Origin: the human T2T-CHM13v2.0 reference genome, Homo sapiens
Reading direction: 5' to 3' (one strand)
Length of the DNA: 64,000 nucleotides
NCBI RefSeq assembly: GCF_009914755.1
Contig: NC_060935.1
Part shown: piece by piece, positions 1 to 16,162 of the stretch
Layout: every line of letters begins with the position of its first letter
How positions within the stretch are numbered: the stretch's first letter is position 1
Notes under the pieces: model-generated
What the model was told of the DNA's origin: nothing
What the model saw: the letters and a program-made list of their open reading frames with translations, nothing else
Databases searched by the model: none
Position numbers and translations under genes: made by a program

Positions 1-1125
1 ATATTACCTGAAGGTTGCGTGATCTTCCCTGACATTTGTCTTCTTATCTGCTTCTCGCTAGATTGAGAGCCCCACGCAGGCAGATTCATCCTTACTTTCT
101 TCAAACTTGCATGTTTAATGATTAGAAAAGTTCCCAGGATACTCAAAAATTATTTGTTAACTAATTTCTGAATGAAATATAAGTAAATTTAAGTATTTCA
201 AATAGAATAAATCTGTGATTTTGATTGTTTTTAAGAAATTATTCACTCAATCCAGTTCAAGTTCAGCCAGGCAAGCCTCACAAAGGAGCATATGCTTAAC
301 GTTTCAGGATGTGATCTAATTTTTAATTGTTTCTTGATACAAAGTATCACCTTTTTCTAGTGACTGTTTCTCCTCCTCCATCATCTACTCTTGCCCAGTG
401 GGAGATTTCCCAGTGAAATCCCACCGATGATCTGAATCAGAACATTTCATTCTCCATGGTTATTTCAAGTTCACAGACTTTATTTGTGGCCCTTGTGGCA
501 GTTGATACTTTTTCAGGAAATACTATAGTTGCAGCAGGCCCTGTTATAGCTTAGTGGATATTCATGTTGTGGATGCTTTTTTACCGAAACACACAGTAAC
601 CAAGTATCCAGGAGCGGGAGCTAGAGACACTGTGGTCCAGACCTGTGGAAAAGGGAACACCACTCCTGGCAAAGGGAAGCAACAGGCAGCACATTTTGTT
701 CAAAGAAACAAGGTGAACCCTCTTGGAGTTAAACTTGAGGCTGACATCCATTTCAGCTTGAGGCTTCCAAGGCACAAAGCAGCTCCCAGTAGCTGAGAGG
801 GATCAAGAAATAGAATATCCTCATCTTTCCTTTGTAGCAAGAGCCTTCAGAAAGGAGGACCACTGGTCACCTGGAATGGAAAGTTATTATTAAAATAAAG
901 CTCCAGTCACATTATTCAGGAAACTTTGGGAATGTTTATAAATAGATAAAAATAATAATGGCCAAGGAACATTCCTCTCTCCAAATCTCCCTGAGACAAT
1001 ACTGACCAAGTTAAACATGCCTTGTTTCTGAGATTGAGTCCCAGGTCTACCTCTGATAAATCAGATGGACAATTACTTAACCACTCTCAACTTTTATTTC
1101 CTCCTCTTTAAAATGGGCAAAATAT

Positions 1126-1270
1126 GACCAGGTACAGTGGCTCTTGCCTGTAATCCCAGAACTTTGGGAGGCTGAGACGGGAGGACTGCTTGAGCCCAGG
1201 AGTTAGAGACCAACCTGGGCAACATAGCAAGACCCCATCTCTAAAAAAAATAAACAAATAAAAATAAAAA
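1126..1270 (+). mobile_element. Alu monomer (FLAM-like) inserted in a MIR
   Basis: Single left-arm Alu with A-rich tail. 16-bp TSD TAAAATGGGCAAAATA at 1109-1124 and 1271-1286. Confidence 0.85.
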
Positions 1271-1671
1271 TAAAATGGGCAAAATAATGTCCTCACACCA
1301 TGACTATGAAGATTAAATGAGACAATACCTGTCAAGTGCAGATACAATACCTGGGACACAGTAGTAGCTCAGTAAAAATAAATACTTTCCATCCCTTGAT
1401 ATCTAAGCAGAAGAAAATGCCCTAAAGATATAGATATTCTCTAGAGAATTTTTTTCTACATTTGCTCAAACATATGAATAAATAATACAGCAGCCTAGAC
1501 AGGAAGGGACACCCAGCATTGAATTATAATTTGTGCTTTCCAGAGCTGTCTGCCTATTACCCTGGTATGTTTGTTCACCTTCATATTCCTGCATCTAACA
1601 GACTTCCTGGCATATAACAGGTGCACAAAATGTTTGCTGGCTTGAATTAAACTACACCTGCACTGTAGGTC

Positions 1672-2253
1672 CTACCCTCATATGACTATTAAGCACTTGA
1701 AATGTGGTTAGTCTGAATTGATTGTGCTGTGAATGCAAAACACACAGCAGGTTTTGAAAATTTAGTAGCCCTTTTTTGGGGCTACTAAATGTAAAATATT
1801 TCATTATTAATTTTTATATCCATTACATGTTAAAATGATATATCACATACATCGGGTTCAATAATATATGTTAAAATTAATTTCACCTGTTCCTGTCTAC
1901 TTTTTTTTTTTTTTTTGAGACGGGGTCTCTGTCGCCCAGGCTGGAGTGCAATGGTGTGATCATTGCTCACTGCAACCTCGAACTCCTGGGCTCAAGTGAG
2001 CCTTCCACCTCTGCCTCTCAAAAAACTGGAACTACAAGCACACATTAACACACCCAGCTAATTTTTTAAAATATTTTTGTAGAGATGGGGTCTTGCCGTG
2101 TTGCCTAGGGTGGTCTCGAACTCAAGTGATCCTCCCACCTAAGCCTCCCAAGTTGCTGGGATTACCAGCATAAACCACCTTCTATTTCTTTAATGTGATT
2201 ACTAGAAAATTTTAAATTACATGTATGGCTTATACATTATATTTCTAATGGAC
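1672..2253 (-). mobile_element. MER33-like hAT-Charlie DNA transposon relic, split by an AluJ
   Basis: Motifs ATTAAGCACTTGAAATGTGG, AAAATTAATTTCACCTG and ACTAGAAAATTTTAAATTACAT resemble the MER33 consensus. Confidence 0.7.
1900..2180 (-). mobile_element. AluJ
   Basis: T-run followed by a diverged dimeric Alu with CTCCTGGGCTCAAG (J-type). Confidence 0.85.
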
Positions 2254-4065
2254 AAAGCAGAACTAGACTATAGGCCACCAATTGGCTGAAAGGTCATTGA
2301 ATATGTATATCTCAGACTTTTTCTCTGGACCTCCTCTCTTGTTAAAGTTATACAAGCTCTACAAGGCATTTTCTAGTTCCAGTATTCTATGATCATATGA
2401 ACTTTAGACTACAGTTTCTTATGTAAGAAAACTGATTAAGTTGCTAGTCTGGGTCAAACACTTTTGTACACACTGTTATTTAGTCTGTATAACACACTTA
2501 AGAGGGAAGAATGACCCTCCTCATTTAATAAGTGTAAAAAGAAGACCCACAGAAGTTAAGAAACTTGGCTAATGTCACCTGGCTTGTAAGTGACAGAACT
2601 GGCCTGGAATCTTTTCCCGTTTTCTCCAGTTCTTTGTAAGAATTCCCAACAGAAAACACGATTCAAGAGTCAATGTGGGTGCTTTGGCTTGGTTATTCCC
2701 TAAGATATATTTCCTTGAGAAGAATCGTATATCATCAGAATCATTGTAAAAGGGTATACAAGAGGATCCTTAAAGAATGGAGAGGAAGCCCCGGTGCTTC
2801 TCAAGCTTGGTAGATCATTGACACCTAGCAGTAAATGTAGGGAGGCTTCTAAGGAGGTAAGATCGAGAGCCGGAAAACAGGGGCTGCTTGCTGGTGGTTA
2901 ATTGTTCACCAGCTTCCGAAGACAAGGCTGGGAGGACAGCAGGGAAGTGAAACATTGACCAGTTCTAATTTAGATGCAGGAATGTGTGAGGGAGGCACAG
3001 AAAGGTCGGCACCTGAGACAGCTCCCATGGGCAAAATTCCTCTCCCAAAGACTGGGAAAGGAACAGGGAATGTGCTCAGAGAAAAAAGGGCTGCTGGCCT
3101 CAGAATGCATTTATTTTGCCAACTCCTACAGCCATTTCTAAGGCCTACAACAACAACAAAATGATGAGGCCATGTTTGACTTTTACAACACACCAAACTC
3201 TGTTAAATTTTGGAGACCTGGGACCAAGAAGTAAGGGATAGATAAAACAAAAATGAGTTAAATAAGATACTGCGCTTGCATTGGAGCCAAACTGGAAAAT
3301 GCGAACTGGACTTGAAGGCTCTTGGACCTGGGTTCAATTCTTGGCTCCACCTAGCCACTTAATCCTAGGCAATTCAGTGACTCTCAGTTTACTCAACTGG
3401 AAAAGAAAAGTAATGAAACTTATCTCCAAGAGTTGTTATAGTGATTACATGATAATGAGGAAGCTCCTGAGTCCTGGTGCAATCAATATTGAGTTGAAGA
3501 GTAGGAAAGACTACATTGTTTAAAATGGTCCAAGGGCTCCCCAAAACCTTTAGTGAACGGTTCAGTATGGCTTCCTTTCCTCCAAGAGCCCAGCTTATTT
3601 CCACAGCTTCCCTCCTACCCTCTGCCTCTTCACCCCTACCTAACCGGGGTCAGCTTCTGATTTGTGACACTTTTAGAATCAACATCCTGAATGCTGAGAC
3701 TCAGTATTTCATTCTGTAACATTTTCTGAAGAAGACTTTAACTCACCGAGGGGAGTTGACCCTTCAAAGGCCCTTCTTTAGCACAAGCCGCCAAGCTACC
3801 TTTTCCGCGGTTAGCCCTTGGCCCTGTGGGGGTGAGCTTGATCACCCCAGACATCACTTGACAAGGAGCATGTTGCATTTCTCTTAAAACACAAAACAAA
3901 AATTTGCTGGCTGGCTGCCCAGTTTCTGTTACATAGACCCAGATTAAATTTCTCTTGGACTGGTTTGTAGAGCCCCTGGATGCTGGACTGAAAAGTGATT
4001 TATGTTTTCTCTTGGCAGGAATTACCCAAGTGAAAACTGCATTGAAAATTAACTGTTTAACTGGA

Positions 4066-4097
4066 GTGTGTGTGTGTGTGTGTCTGTGTGTGTGTGT
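4066..4097. repeat. (GT)n microsatellite, interrupted
   Basis: Direct reading. Confidence 0.95.
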
Positions 4098-4830
4098 CGT
4101 TTACATTTATATGCATGCCCTAGTCTGGTCCGATTGATAAGCTGCTTCTCATTGGCTGACAAGCTTTAGAAACAGAAAATCAAGAGCCAGGAAAAGGGAC
4201 TTATAAATATGCCAACCTTAATAGTAGCAGGGTTGCCATGATTAAGTTTTAAATTTGATTCTGAACTCCCTGGCAATCAAGGCAAAAATGAAAACATAAT
4301 CAGGCATGTAGCTCTCAATAACAGAAAGGAAGGCCCTCCTGACCCTTCTTGAAAGTATTCAGAATATTACAATAATAACAACTGTCATTTACTGAGCGCT
4401 CTCTATGTACCAAGAGCATATTTTGTGCTTGTAACAACCAAACAAATTAGTTTTTTCTTTTATGGTTGAAAAAATTAGGCTTACAGAGGTGATGACTTTT
4501 GTAAGACTTTCCAGTTAGTAGCAGTTGAAACCTGAATTACTATCCAAGTATATCTGACTCCAGCTACTAACCAACACTGTCTTTCCAGCCTGTGATAGAC
4601 ATGTCTTCAGTAACGTTTTCATAGCAAATGTGCTACTTTTAATGGCTGTTTGACCTTCAAGTAGAAATTTCAAAATTTGGGGGTTTGTTTCGTGTCATAT
4701 TCAAACTGAAAATGAGTTGAGTGACTGAGCCTCAGAGCTTTGCTCCATCCCCTTTCCCATCAGAAAGTAAAGAATAAAACTAAATATATATTGAGTCTAC
4801 CATGCTAGGTGCCCTACATTCATTTCTTTA

Positions 4831-5160
<330 letters not shown>

Positions 5161-6236
5161 AACTTCACCCTAAAAAAAAGTGTGACTTAGAGTCCTAATA
5201 AAAGATTTTTGGTTACCAGTTGCAAGACCCACCTGAAAGAGTTTAAATAAAGGGGTACCCATAATTATAAATAATGTGTATCTGGAAGAACTCAAGGGCG
5301 GGAAGTGTGGCTGAGCTTCATAAGAGAGACAAGGAGCAGAAACTGGGAAGTCAGAACACTGACTGGACCTACTTCTCCAGGGGGTATTGTCTTTTGACCC
5401 TGCTTCTCTATGCATCTCTTATGTTGGGGTGAACCTTCTTGTTTCCAAGTACAAAAACCTCCATTAGGGTTACACTCCTGGATTTTGGTTCATGAATTTG
5501 GGGAAAGGACCAAGCACTCATAGTTCAACTGTTTCCCCTCGCATTTTTCCCCTCCATCTACGTGGGGCAGCCTCTGGCTATTCAGGGTTGTCTATGAAAA
5601 GTCTGTCTCATTATGTGTTCAGCATTGCCACACTAAACTATGTTTATCTGCAAAAAGCTCATGCGTTACTCCTCCTCTGCCATAACCTCATGAATCCCTT
5701 AATTGGTTTGGAAGTGAGGCAAGGAAAGGGGAGGTTACTTATTGGGCCCCCTCAAACTCCAACATGTAGTCAGATAGGGTTACCCAGTCATGCTGTCACC
5801 CCCACTTCCCAGATCAAGAATTAACAGAACCTCTGGATTCTATTCTTAAGGATTTTTTAGATTCTGACTGAGCTAACTTGAGTCAGTCCACCATGGGTCC
5901 AATCAGCTTTGCCAGGGGCCTGGAGTCACGTGGTGCAGAGAGGAGGAGAGTAGTCAGAGGGAAAGAATCAAGGGCTAAGCAGATACCTCAAGGTTTCTAT
6001 TATAGGCAGGCGTTGTCATCTCCTGTTCACCAGTGGAGAAATTGCATCTTAGGGAGAAGACAGTCTCACAGCTAATATCAGAGCTAAAATTCATACCGAG
6101 GTCTGATTGACTCTAAAGGTTATGTTCCTAACACAGTTATAAGATCTCAGAAGCTGACCCTGAGCTGGCATTCTCCAGTTGGCATTGAGTAGAATACCTG
6201 GCATCGTGTAAACTAGCCCAACAGTAATACTGATAA

Positions 6237-6488
<252 letters not shown>

Positions 6489-6505
6489 TAATAAAAAGAA
6501 TACTA

Positions 6506-6720
<215 letters not shown>

Positions 6721-6829
6721 GTATACTGTACTTGGTCCCAGAAAGTCTCCACTTACAAGCTCCATGTCCTTAAAACACACAGATATTAAGTTCTTTGATC
6801 ATCATTCAGTTTTTTCATTTATTTAGCCT

Positions 6830-7155
6830 ACATAGATGTATGTATGTATATGTATATATGTATATGTTAATGTAATATATATTAAGCATATGTATTACAT
6901 ACTTATAATACATATTATACATAAATATATGTATATGTTAATATATATTAAGCATATGTATTACAAATATTTTATACTTATAAATATATATGTATTATAT
7001 ATAAGTATATGTATTTATTATATACTTATACATATGTTTAATACATATTACATTAACATAAATATACTTACATAAGTATATAATACATATGTTTAATATT
7101 GCATTACATTAATATATATATAAATCTATAATACATATGCTTAATATATATTAAT
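6830..7155. repeat. AT-rich low-complexity region with direct and inverted copies of a 24-26-bp unit
   Basis: AATATATATTAAGCATATGTATTA at 6874 and 6940. Its reverse complement is at 7129. Confidence 0.9.
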
Positions 7156-7159
7156 GCCA

Positions 7160-7541
<382 letters not shown>

Positions 7542-7840
7542 TTATATATTAATATATAATACATAGGTTTTATTATTATATCAACAGATATATTGGATAT
7601 CTACAACATACTAAGTAAATCAAAATAAAACAAATCCTACCAGATGCTTAGCTTCTAATGTGAGAAATGCAAATTAAAAGTAACTACACTGAAATAATGT
7701 TTTTCTGCTCTCAGATCTCCAAATGTCCAAATGTTCTGCAACACATGTAGGTGAGGCGCACTTAAACATTGTGGATGGGAATATGAAGTGGTACAATCCC
7801 ATGGAAAGCAATTTGTCAAAAATTATTAAACCACAAACTT

Positions 7841-8146
7841 GGCTGGGTGCGGTGCCTCGTGCCTGTAATCCTAGCACTTTGGGAGGCCGAGGTGGGCAGA
7901 TCACCTGAGGTTGGGAGTTCAGGACCAGCCTGACCAACATGGAGAAACCCCGTCTCTACTAAAAACACAAAATTAGCCGGGCATGGTGGCGCAAGTTTGT
8001 AATCCCAGCTACTGGGGTAGGCTGAGGCAGGCGAATCGCTTGAACCTGGGAAGCGGAGGTTGCGGTGAGCCAAGATCGCGCCATTGTACTCCAGCCTGGG
8101 CAACAACAGCGAAACTCCGTCTCAAAAAAAAAAAACAAAAAAAAAA
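7841..8146 (+). mobile_element. AluSp-like
   Basis: AACATGGAGAAACCC diagnostic. TSD approximately CCACAAACT. Confidence 0.88.
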
Positions 8147-8160
8147 ACCCCACAAACTCA

Positions 8161-8443
<283 letters not shown>

Positions 8444-9309
8444 TTTAAAATACAAACTCATATACAATTTGTACCAGCAATTTGGTTTCCAGGAAATTAT
8501 GCTTCAAGTGTTCTCACACTCATAAGAAATAACATCTGTATATGATTGTTATCATTGCGGCATTGTTTATGATCACGAAAGATTAAAAACAATTAAATGG
8601 CCATCAGCACAGGCCTAGATCATCTATAGAGTGGACCTCTGGGCATCAATGACAGAAAATGAGGAAGCTCTCTAAGTTGTGAAATGGAAAACTGCCAAAA
8701 CATAAAAGTGAGTGGAAAAAACAAGGTGCGGAACAGTGTGTAGAGTGTGCATATGTGTAAAAAGTATATACATTAGTATTAGCAATACTAATAGTATAAC
8801 ACTAATAGTATTCATAATTTGTTATTTGCTAATATATGCAAATATAGTATTATACTATACTATAATAGTATTAGTTATAGTGGTATAGTATGTGTATATA
8901 TGTTTGTGTATATGTGTATGTATACAAAATCTTGTATAGGCATTAAAAAATATCTGGGGAAAAAAACTGATATCAAGAAGTTCCTTTAAAAAAAAAATGT
9001 GGGGTGGGAAGCCAGGCAAATAGGGACAGGGATGGGAATAAAACTTTTGACAGAATATCTTTTTAGAATTTTTGAACCAACATGAATGTATAAGCTATTC
9101 AAAAATTGAAATAAATATATGCAGTTTGTAAAATGACAACAGTGCAGTGAATGTTAGGAAGGGGAAGCCCAGGGCCCCACAGGAACATGTAACAGGGGAT
9201 CTAACTTAGTCTACAGGGCCTAGGGAAATTCCCTGATGAAGTTGCTTTTAAACTGAGACTGGAAGAATAAATAAGCAAAGAGGAAAGTGGATGAAGAATG
9301 GCTGACCAG

Positions 9310-9780
<471 letters not shown>

Positions 9781-9949
9781 CTACGTGAAAAATGTCTGGA
9801 CTTGCTCCTAAGGGCAATGGGAAGCCATTGAAGGAGTTTAAGCAGGAAAGTGATGGGATCAAGGTTATGTTTTAAATGGATTGCTCTGGAGCCTATGAGG
9901 AGAAATGACTGGAGGAAGCAAGACTGGATGTTGACAACTCATATATCTG

Positions 9950-10510
9950 ACAAACTACTTTGGAAAACTGTCTGGCAGTTTCTTATAAAGTTAAACATAC
10001 ATCTACCCTATGACCTAGCAATTTCATTCTTGGGTATTTATCCAAGTTAAATGAAAACATATGTTCACAAAATATTTGTACAAAATTTGTTATAGCAGTT
10101 GTATTCATAGTAGCAAAAATGATGAAGAAAAAAGCCACTAAATTTCCATCAAAAAATGAATTAATAAGCAAATTGTGGTGTATTTCTACAATGGCATACC
10201 ACTCAGCAATACAATGGAAGGAATTCCTCACACACACAACATGAATGAGTCTTAAATCCATGAAAAAAAAGCACAGATATGTACATACTGTATGATTCCA
10301 ATGATATGAAATGAAATCAATGTACATAAAAAATAGTCCCTAGTAATAGAAATCAGAAAGTAGTTGCCTAGGGGAAGGAGACATTGACTGGAAAGAAAAA
10401 AATGAAGGATTATTCTGGGGCGATGGAAATATTGTATCTCTTTTTGTACATGGCAGTTACCCAGTGTATACAACTGTCAAAACTTATCAAAGCAAAACAG
10501 CTGGACTTGT
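9950..10510 (+). mobile_element. Old L1M 3' end
   Basis: Translates as LWKTVWQFLIKLNIHLPYDLAISFLGIYP (ORF2 C-terminal motif), followed by L1M 3'UTR-like sequence. Confidence 0.75.
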
Positions 10511-13500
10511 GCTTTTTATTATCTCAAGCTCCGGAGCTCAAGTGACCCACTCACCTTGGCCTCCTAAAGTGCTGGGATTACAGGCATGAGCCATCGTTCT
10601 CAGCGTGCTTTTTATTAACTGTACTTCAATTTTTTTTTAAAAAAAGGAGTGGACATTGAGGAAGATAGGAGGCAACTGTAATAATCCAGGAGAAGGGTGA
10701 CGGTAGCCTGGTGCCCTATTATTGGGGACCAAATAAAATAACATGTATAAGAGGGCAAACAATAAAACTTCATGCAAACAATGAAGCTCTATGCAAACTG
10801 TGAATCTTTGTGCAAAAGTGAGGACCGAGTCTAACTTAACCCCTATCAAAATTTGGAGGTGATGGAGACTTCCAAAATTGCCCCCGAGGCAGTCCCATTG
10901 TTTGCAATGAAGGGCTGGGGGGTGATTAATCATGATCATGTGGTTGGTTTGTCACAGTTTGGCAGGAAGTGGGACCAATGACTGCTGAGAGTCATCAGAA
11001 TACTTGACCTTGGGGCAAAAAGCAGGGGAGGGGCAGGAGCTGCTTTTGCCAGAAGTCGTTTTCTACTGAAAATTAGGCTTTCCCAAACAAGAAGTGTATT
11101 CAGCTGCTGGACTGGAGTCTTGAATTTATTTTTTTGTATAATTAGGGTTTGAAGGATACAGCAAAAAAGGAAGCAGACTGTCAGTTCCTGAAGCAGGGGC
11201 CATCACCATCAGTGACACGGCCACCCAGCCTCCAGAAGAGTTTGCTGGGGGCTGAGAGTGTGTGGGAAATACATGGGGGCTGCTTGCAAGCATCTGCCTC
11301 TGACTGCAGACAGGTTTGGAGAAACAGCTGTGTGGAAATCAGGCAAAAGCTATCTGAAGAACTGTTCACTCACCATTTAACTGAATTCAACTTTGTTTCC
11401 ATGACTTTTTTTTTTTTAGTGTTAATACATCTCTGATTATTTGCTTTAATTTAATGTTGATTTTGTTTTCTCAAAACCACTTGGAATGAGCAGACACAGC
11501 TGGATCCTCCCTGTTTACCCCAGTGGATGCTAAATGCTTTGGTGAAGAGGAGACATCCCTGCACAAAGCAGAGCTGTGGATTCTCTGACCTCCTTGAAGA
11601 CTCTCTTCTGAGCTGCAGTGGACATTTGCCATATTTTTATTAATGGGTGTCTGTCATCAAATCTCCCTCTGTAAGGGTTGGTCACTGTTGTGGCTTCTCT
11701 CGATGTGAGGTCGGACTCACCTTCCATATCAAAAGTGGACAAAATCACACTCACACTCTCTTGTTCACACATAAACACACAACCCTGGCACAATCTGAGG
11801 GTCAGTAACTGACTTTGGCTCAGCCCACCAAGTGGTCTTTCCCTGAAGTGTGAATCTCAGGGAAGCAATACAAAAACAGGCAGGGGGTGGGTGGCTACCT
11901 CTGGAGACAGCTGGAAGTCGTCCTTTCAAAAGCAGGCTGGCGGGCACGCTGACCAAACTACTCCTGCCAAGGAGCCATTGCTGTGGTTCCTTTGGACTGG
12001 CCTTCTGACTCTCCCCTAATTTCTACTCATTTCTAAGGTTAATTCTCTTTACTCTCTAACCACTCCAATACATTTCCTTCCATTTATGTTCTCTAGAGTC
12101 TGTTTTCATTGCTGACACCTAAGATGGTGCATAATTATAAGCCAGTGTGATTTCATTTCCTATCTGAAGCCTTCGAAAAAAATGGCTCTCAAGCAGTATC
12201 TCAGACACCCAAATCCAAGGCTTTACTTTGGTGGCCATGGAAAGACACCTGAATGGGTGGGCGTGGGAATAGGGTAAGAGAAGTAGAAAAGAGGAAGGGA
12301 AAAGAGAAAGTACTGCATATTTCATACCTACTATAGTCTAGGACTGAGGATACAGCAATGATCAACATAGGCAGAGGCTCTAACAGATGCCAGGAGCCAG
12401 CTAGGCATTTGTCCGGCTATCTTATGATAATATTATAGGGAGGGAGGTGCTCCCATACCCCAAGTGGGAAGAGTGCGGCTCAGTGAGGCTGAGAAACTTG
12501 CCCTGGGTCACACAGCAGATGACTATTGGAGCTGGAATCTGAACCAGATCTCATTCCTACCATATCTGCTCTTTCCACTACATAAATTTGTTAAACAATG
12601 GTGGGTAAACCATGCACCTTTTTTTCTTTTCGTATTTTGATTTCAGTGTTGTATCCATGATTTGGAACGAGCCCACCTGAGCCTAATGATGCGATGAGAT
12701 CATTGGATTATATATGTATTTACTTTAAAAACACAAGGTAGAAAACTTTACTGAGTCCATGAAAATAAAAGCTGGAGACACGTCAAAGCCTGTTTTGATT
12801 TAAGTGGAATAGATCCAGCTTGAGTGTAAATTCGAGACTGTGTTTGCTTGTGTCACACTCTATTTTTCAAATTACTTTCATATGTCCTGTTTCATTTATT
12901 TCCCCCAGTTCTGGATGGGAAAACTGAGGCCTGGGACTTGAAATAACAGATGTATGTTTGTACAGCAAATTATCATGAGAGCCAAAACTCAAACCCATAC
13001 TCTCTCACCGAACCCCACTGCTTCTTTCAGCACACAATAATTATTATTATGCCAAGTAAGTTTAACAAGGTGACTTGGATCGATTCATTCTGATGATTTG
13101 AGTTGGCTCCTGGGATCATCTGGGTAAATATTAGGCCCACATCTCTTTCCAAACATATTCCATCTCTCTCTCTCTTTGGTTTTTTTCTTTTTTCTACATT
13201 TTCACCTCTGCTCCCTCATCATACCTCCCTCCCTTTCTCTGTTAAACTCCTCCCCTTCTCTTCTTTCCTCCCTTCCTCTCATCCTCTCACCCACAAAAAC
13301 ATTTGTTTGTCTTACATAGGGATAGTGTCATGTGACTGGGTGGCTGAAAGGAGAAGTATCTTTTAAGCTCCTGGAAGCAGAATATTTTCTTATGGATTTT
13401 TTATTGTTTGGATTGTTTTGCCAGGCTAATGAAAGAAGACTCTGAGGTCCCCTTATCTCAGGCCAACTAGAGGATGCCTTCAAGTTTTTGTTTTTCTTCC

Positions 13501-14649
13501 CAAGCTGATTCCTTACAAATGCATCCAGAAGGTCATTCCCAGGTCCCCAAGATAGTGGTGGGTAATCAATCACATCCAGGACATCAGCATCACAGCAGAT
13601 AAGCTCATGCATGGGAGGATTTGGGAAAGGAGAGAGGGGATCCTAAACTATCCCTGAACCATGTGCTCCAGCAAAGGCAAGTGGAGGGATTACTTTTTCT
13701 AGGAGTTCACTGGGACAGCCACAAGTATATTCTAGCTCCAATGACCATTCTTCCCTTTTGATTTTTGACTCAAAACAAATAAAAATACACATACATAAAA
13801 TCCTTAAACATTTCCTATATAATCTGATAATTGCAATTCAGCAAGCAATAAAGATTGTGTGATTGTGTTTAACAGCTCCAAGGGATGGGTCCACACAGGG
13901 CCCCCAGGCAATAACTAATCCCTCTGAAACAAACAGAGAGGACTCCAGACCTGGCTTTGCCAAGGACAAGTTTTGTAAGCTTATTTAAGTCACCTGACTT
14001 CTCTAGGCCTCAGATTCCTCAGCTATAAAATAATGAGCTAGTTTATTATTTCAACCAATGCTTATTAAACATCCACTTTGTGTCAGGCTTTGTGCAAGAA
14101 GCTGGAAATATTTTTAAAGTATAGACACAGTATCTGTTCTCAGGGTCTCAGTGTTTAATGAGGGAAAAGATGCATCATAAGAGAAAAGTGCTGTGGACGG
14201 GCAAAGGCAAAAACAACTCAGCCCAGGAGCTTATCTTTAGGATTCTTCCCAACCCCAAAAGTCTACGTGTATGGCATTTTTTTGTCTGTTCATTTTGTTT
14301 TGGTTGTCTTTTCACATGAATGTTATTTCATTCTTTCTTGACTAGTTGTTTTCAAATCATTGTTGCATTGTTGTCATTATCATCCATTACCAATTACTAA
14401 ACACATACTGTTACCCCAAATGTTGTAATTACCCCAACTGTTGGTAATTACCCCAATGACTCTAAAAGTTAGACATTATAATCACTATTTTTTATATAAT
14501 AACACTGAAGCCCAGAGAGGTTAAGTAACTTACCCAAGCTCACATCGCTAGAAAGTTACGGAACTGGGATTGGAGTTGACCCCTGCCAACTCCAAAGTAC
14601 ATGCTCTTTCTACTACTTGGTGCTGCCTTAGGTATATGTAGCCACTTAG

Positions 14650-14821
14650 GACAAACATCATTTACAGGAGCAGGTGTGATATAAAAATATGAGGCCCTTT
14701 GTTCAAATATTATTGAAAATTTCAAGATAGCAACAGCAAAGCATTAAACAAAGCACAAGGCCTGTCTAAGCACAGGGCTCTGAATGACTGCCCATGTTGC
14801 AAACCCAGGAATCCAGCCCTG
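14650..14821 (-). mobile_element. MER45A-like hAT-Tip100 relic
   Basis: TTTCAAGATAGCAACAGCAAAGCATTAAAC…CCAGCCCTG resembles the reverse of the MER45A consensus. Confidence 0.65.
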
Positions 14822-15061
14822 CCAGCCACAATTCAGTTTGCAATGGCATCTCCCACTGAAGCAGAAAAGCTTCATAGCAATTTGCAGGCCCAGATCACAC
14901 TCGCAGAATGTTTCAGTGATCATGCTTCACATGTAGGATTTCTGGCACTACCCAGAGGGTTCATTGTGAACCACCTGGCAGGACTTGGGGGCTCTGTGTG
15001 GTGGCTTTTTCAGAGTAGCCCTGGCACCTAACCTAAAGAATATTAATATCATTTCTGGTAA

Positions 15062-15365
<304 letters not shown>

Positions 15366-15427
15366 AGCCAATTACTTTTTTTAATGTGGGGAAAGGTATA
15401 TAATCTTGCTGAAAGAGTTTTGCTCCA

Positions 15428-15703
<276 letters not shown>

Positions 15704-16162
15704 TCATACCCTTACACCCTTACTCTTACATTTAGAACATTTAGAACATTAATGCTGCATAAATGGAACATGTCCAAAAGCCTCTTAGGATGCAAGCCTC
15801 TTTTGAAATTGCAAACTGGGACCAGTACATGTGCCCTAATAGAGGGCAGTAGGAGAAAAAGCAAGAGCTTTGCAGCTGCTGGATTACGAACCTCTCTACT
15901 GAGGCACTAACTCCTATTAAGGTGTTAGCTCCTACTGACCCAGCAGAGGCTGAGTAAAGATTGTCATTTTGGTCAATGACTCTTAATCAGTGGTATTTAA
16001 TCTTTTGAGATCACAGACCCCTTCTTTGAAAAGTATGAACCATCTCCCCAGAAAAAAGACAGGTGTATGTAAAATATTCTTGCATTCAATTGTAGACTCT
16101 CTGCCTTAGCCCTAGATTTTTTAAAACCATATTTTAAAGCATGGCTCCCCTAATTATAGAAT

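Noticed and set aside
398-425. GTGGGAGATTTC…GAAATCCCAC inverted repeat as a pre-miRNA or NF-kB pair
   Set aside because: The stem is short and imperfect, which is expected by chance in 64 kb.
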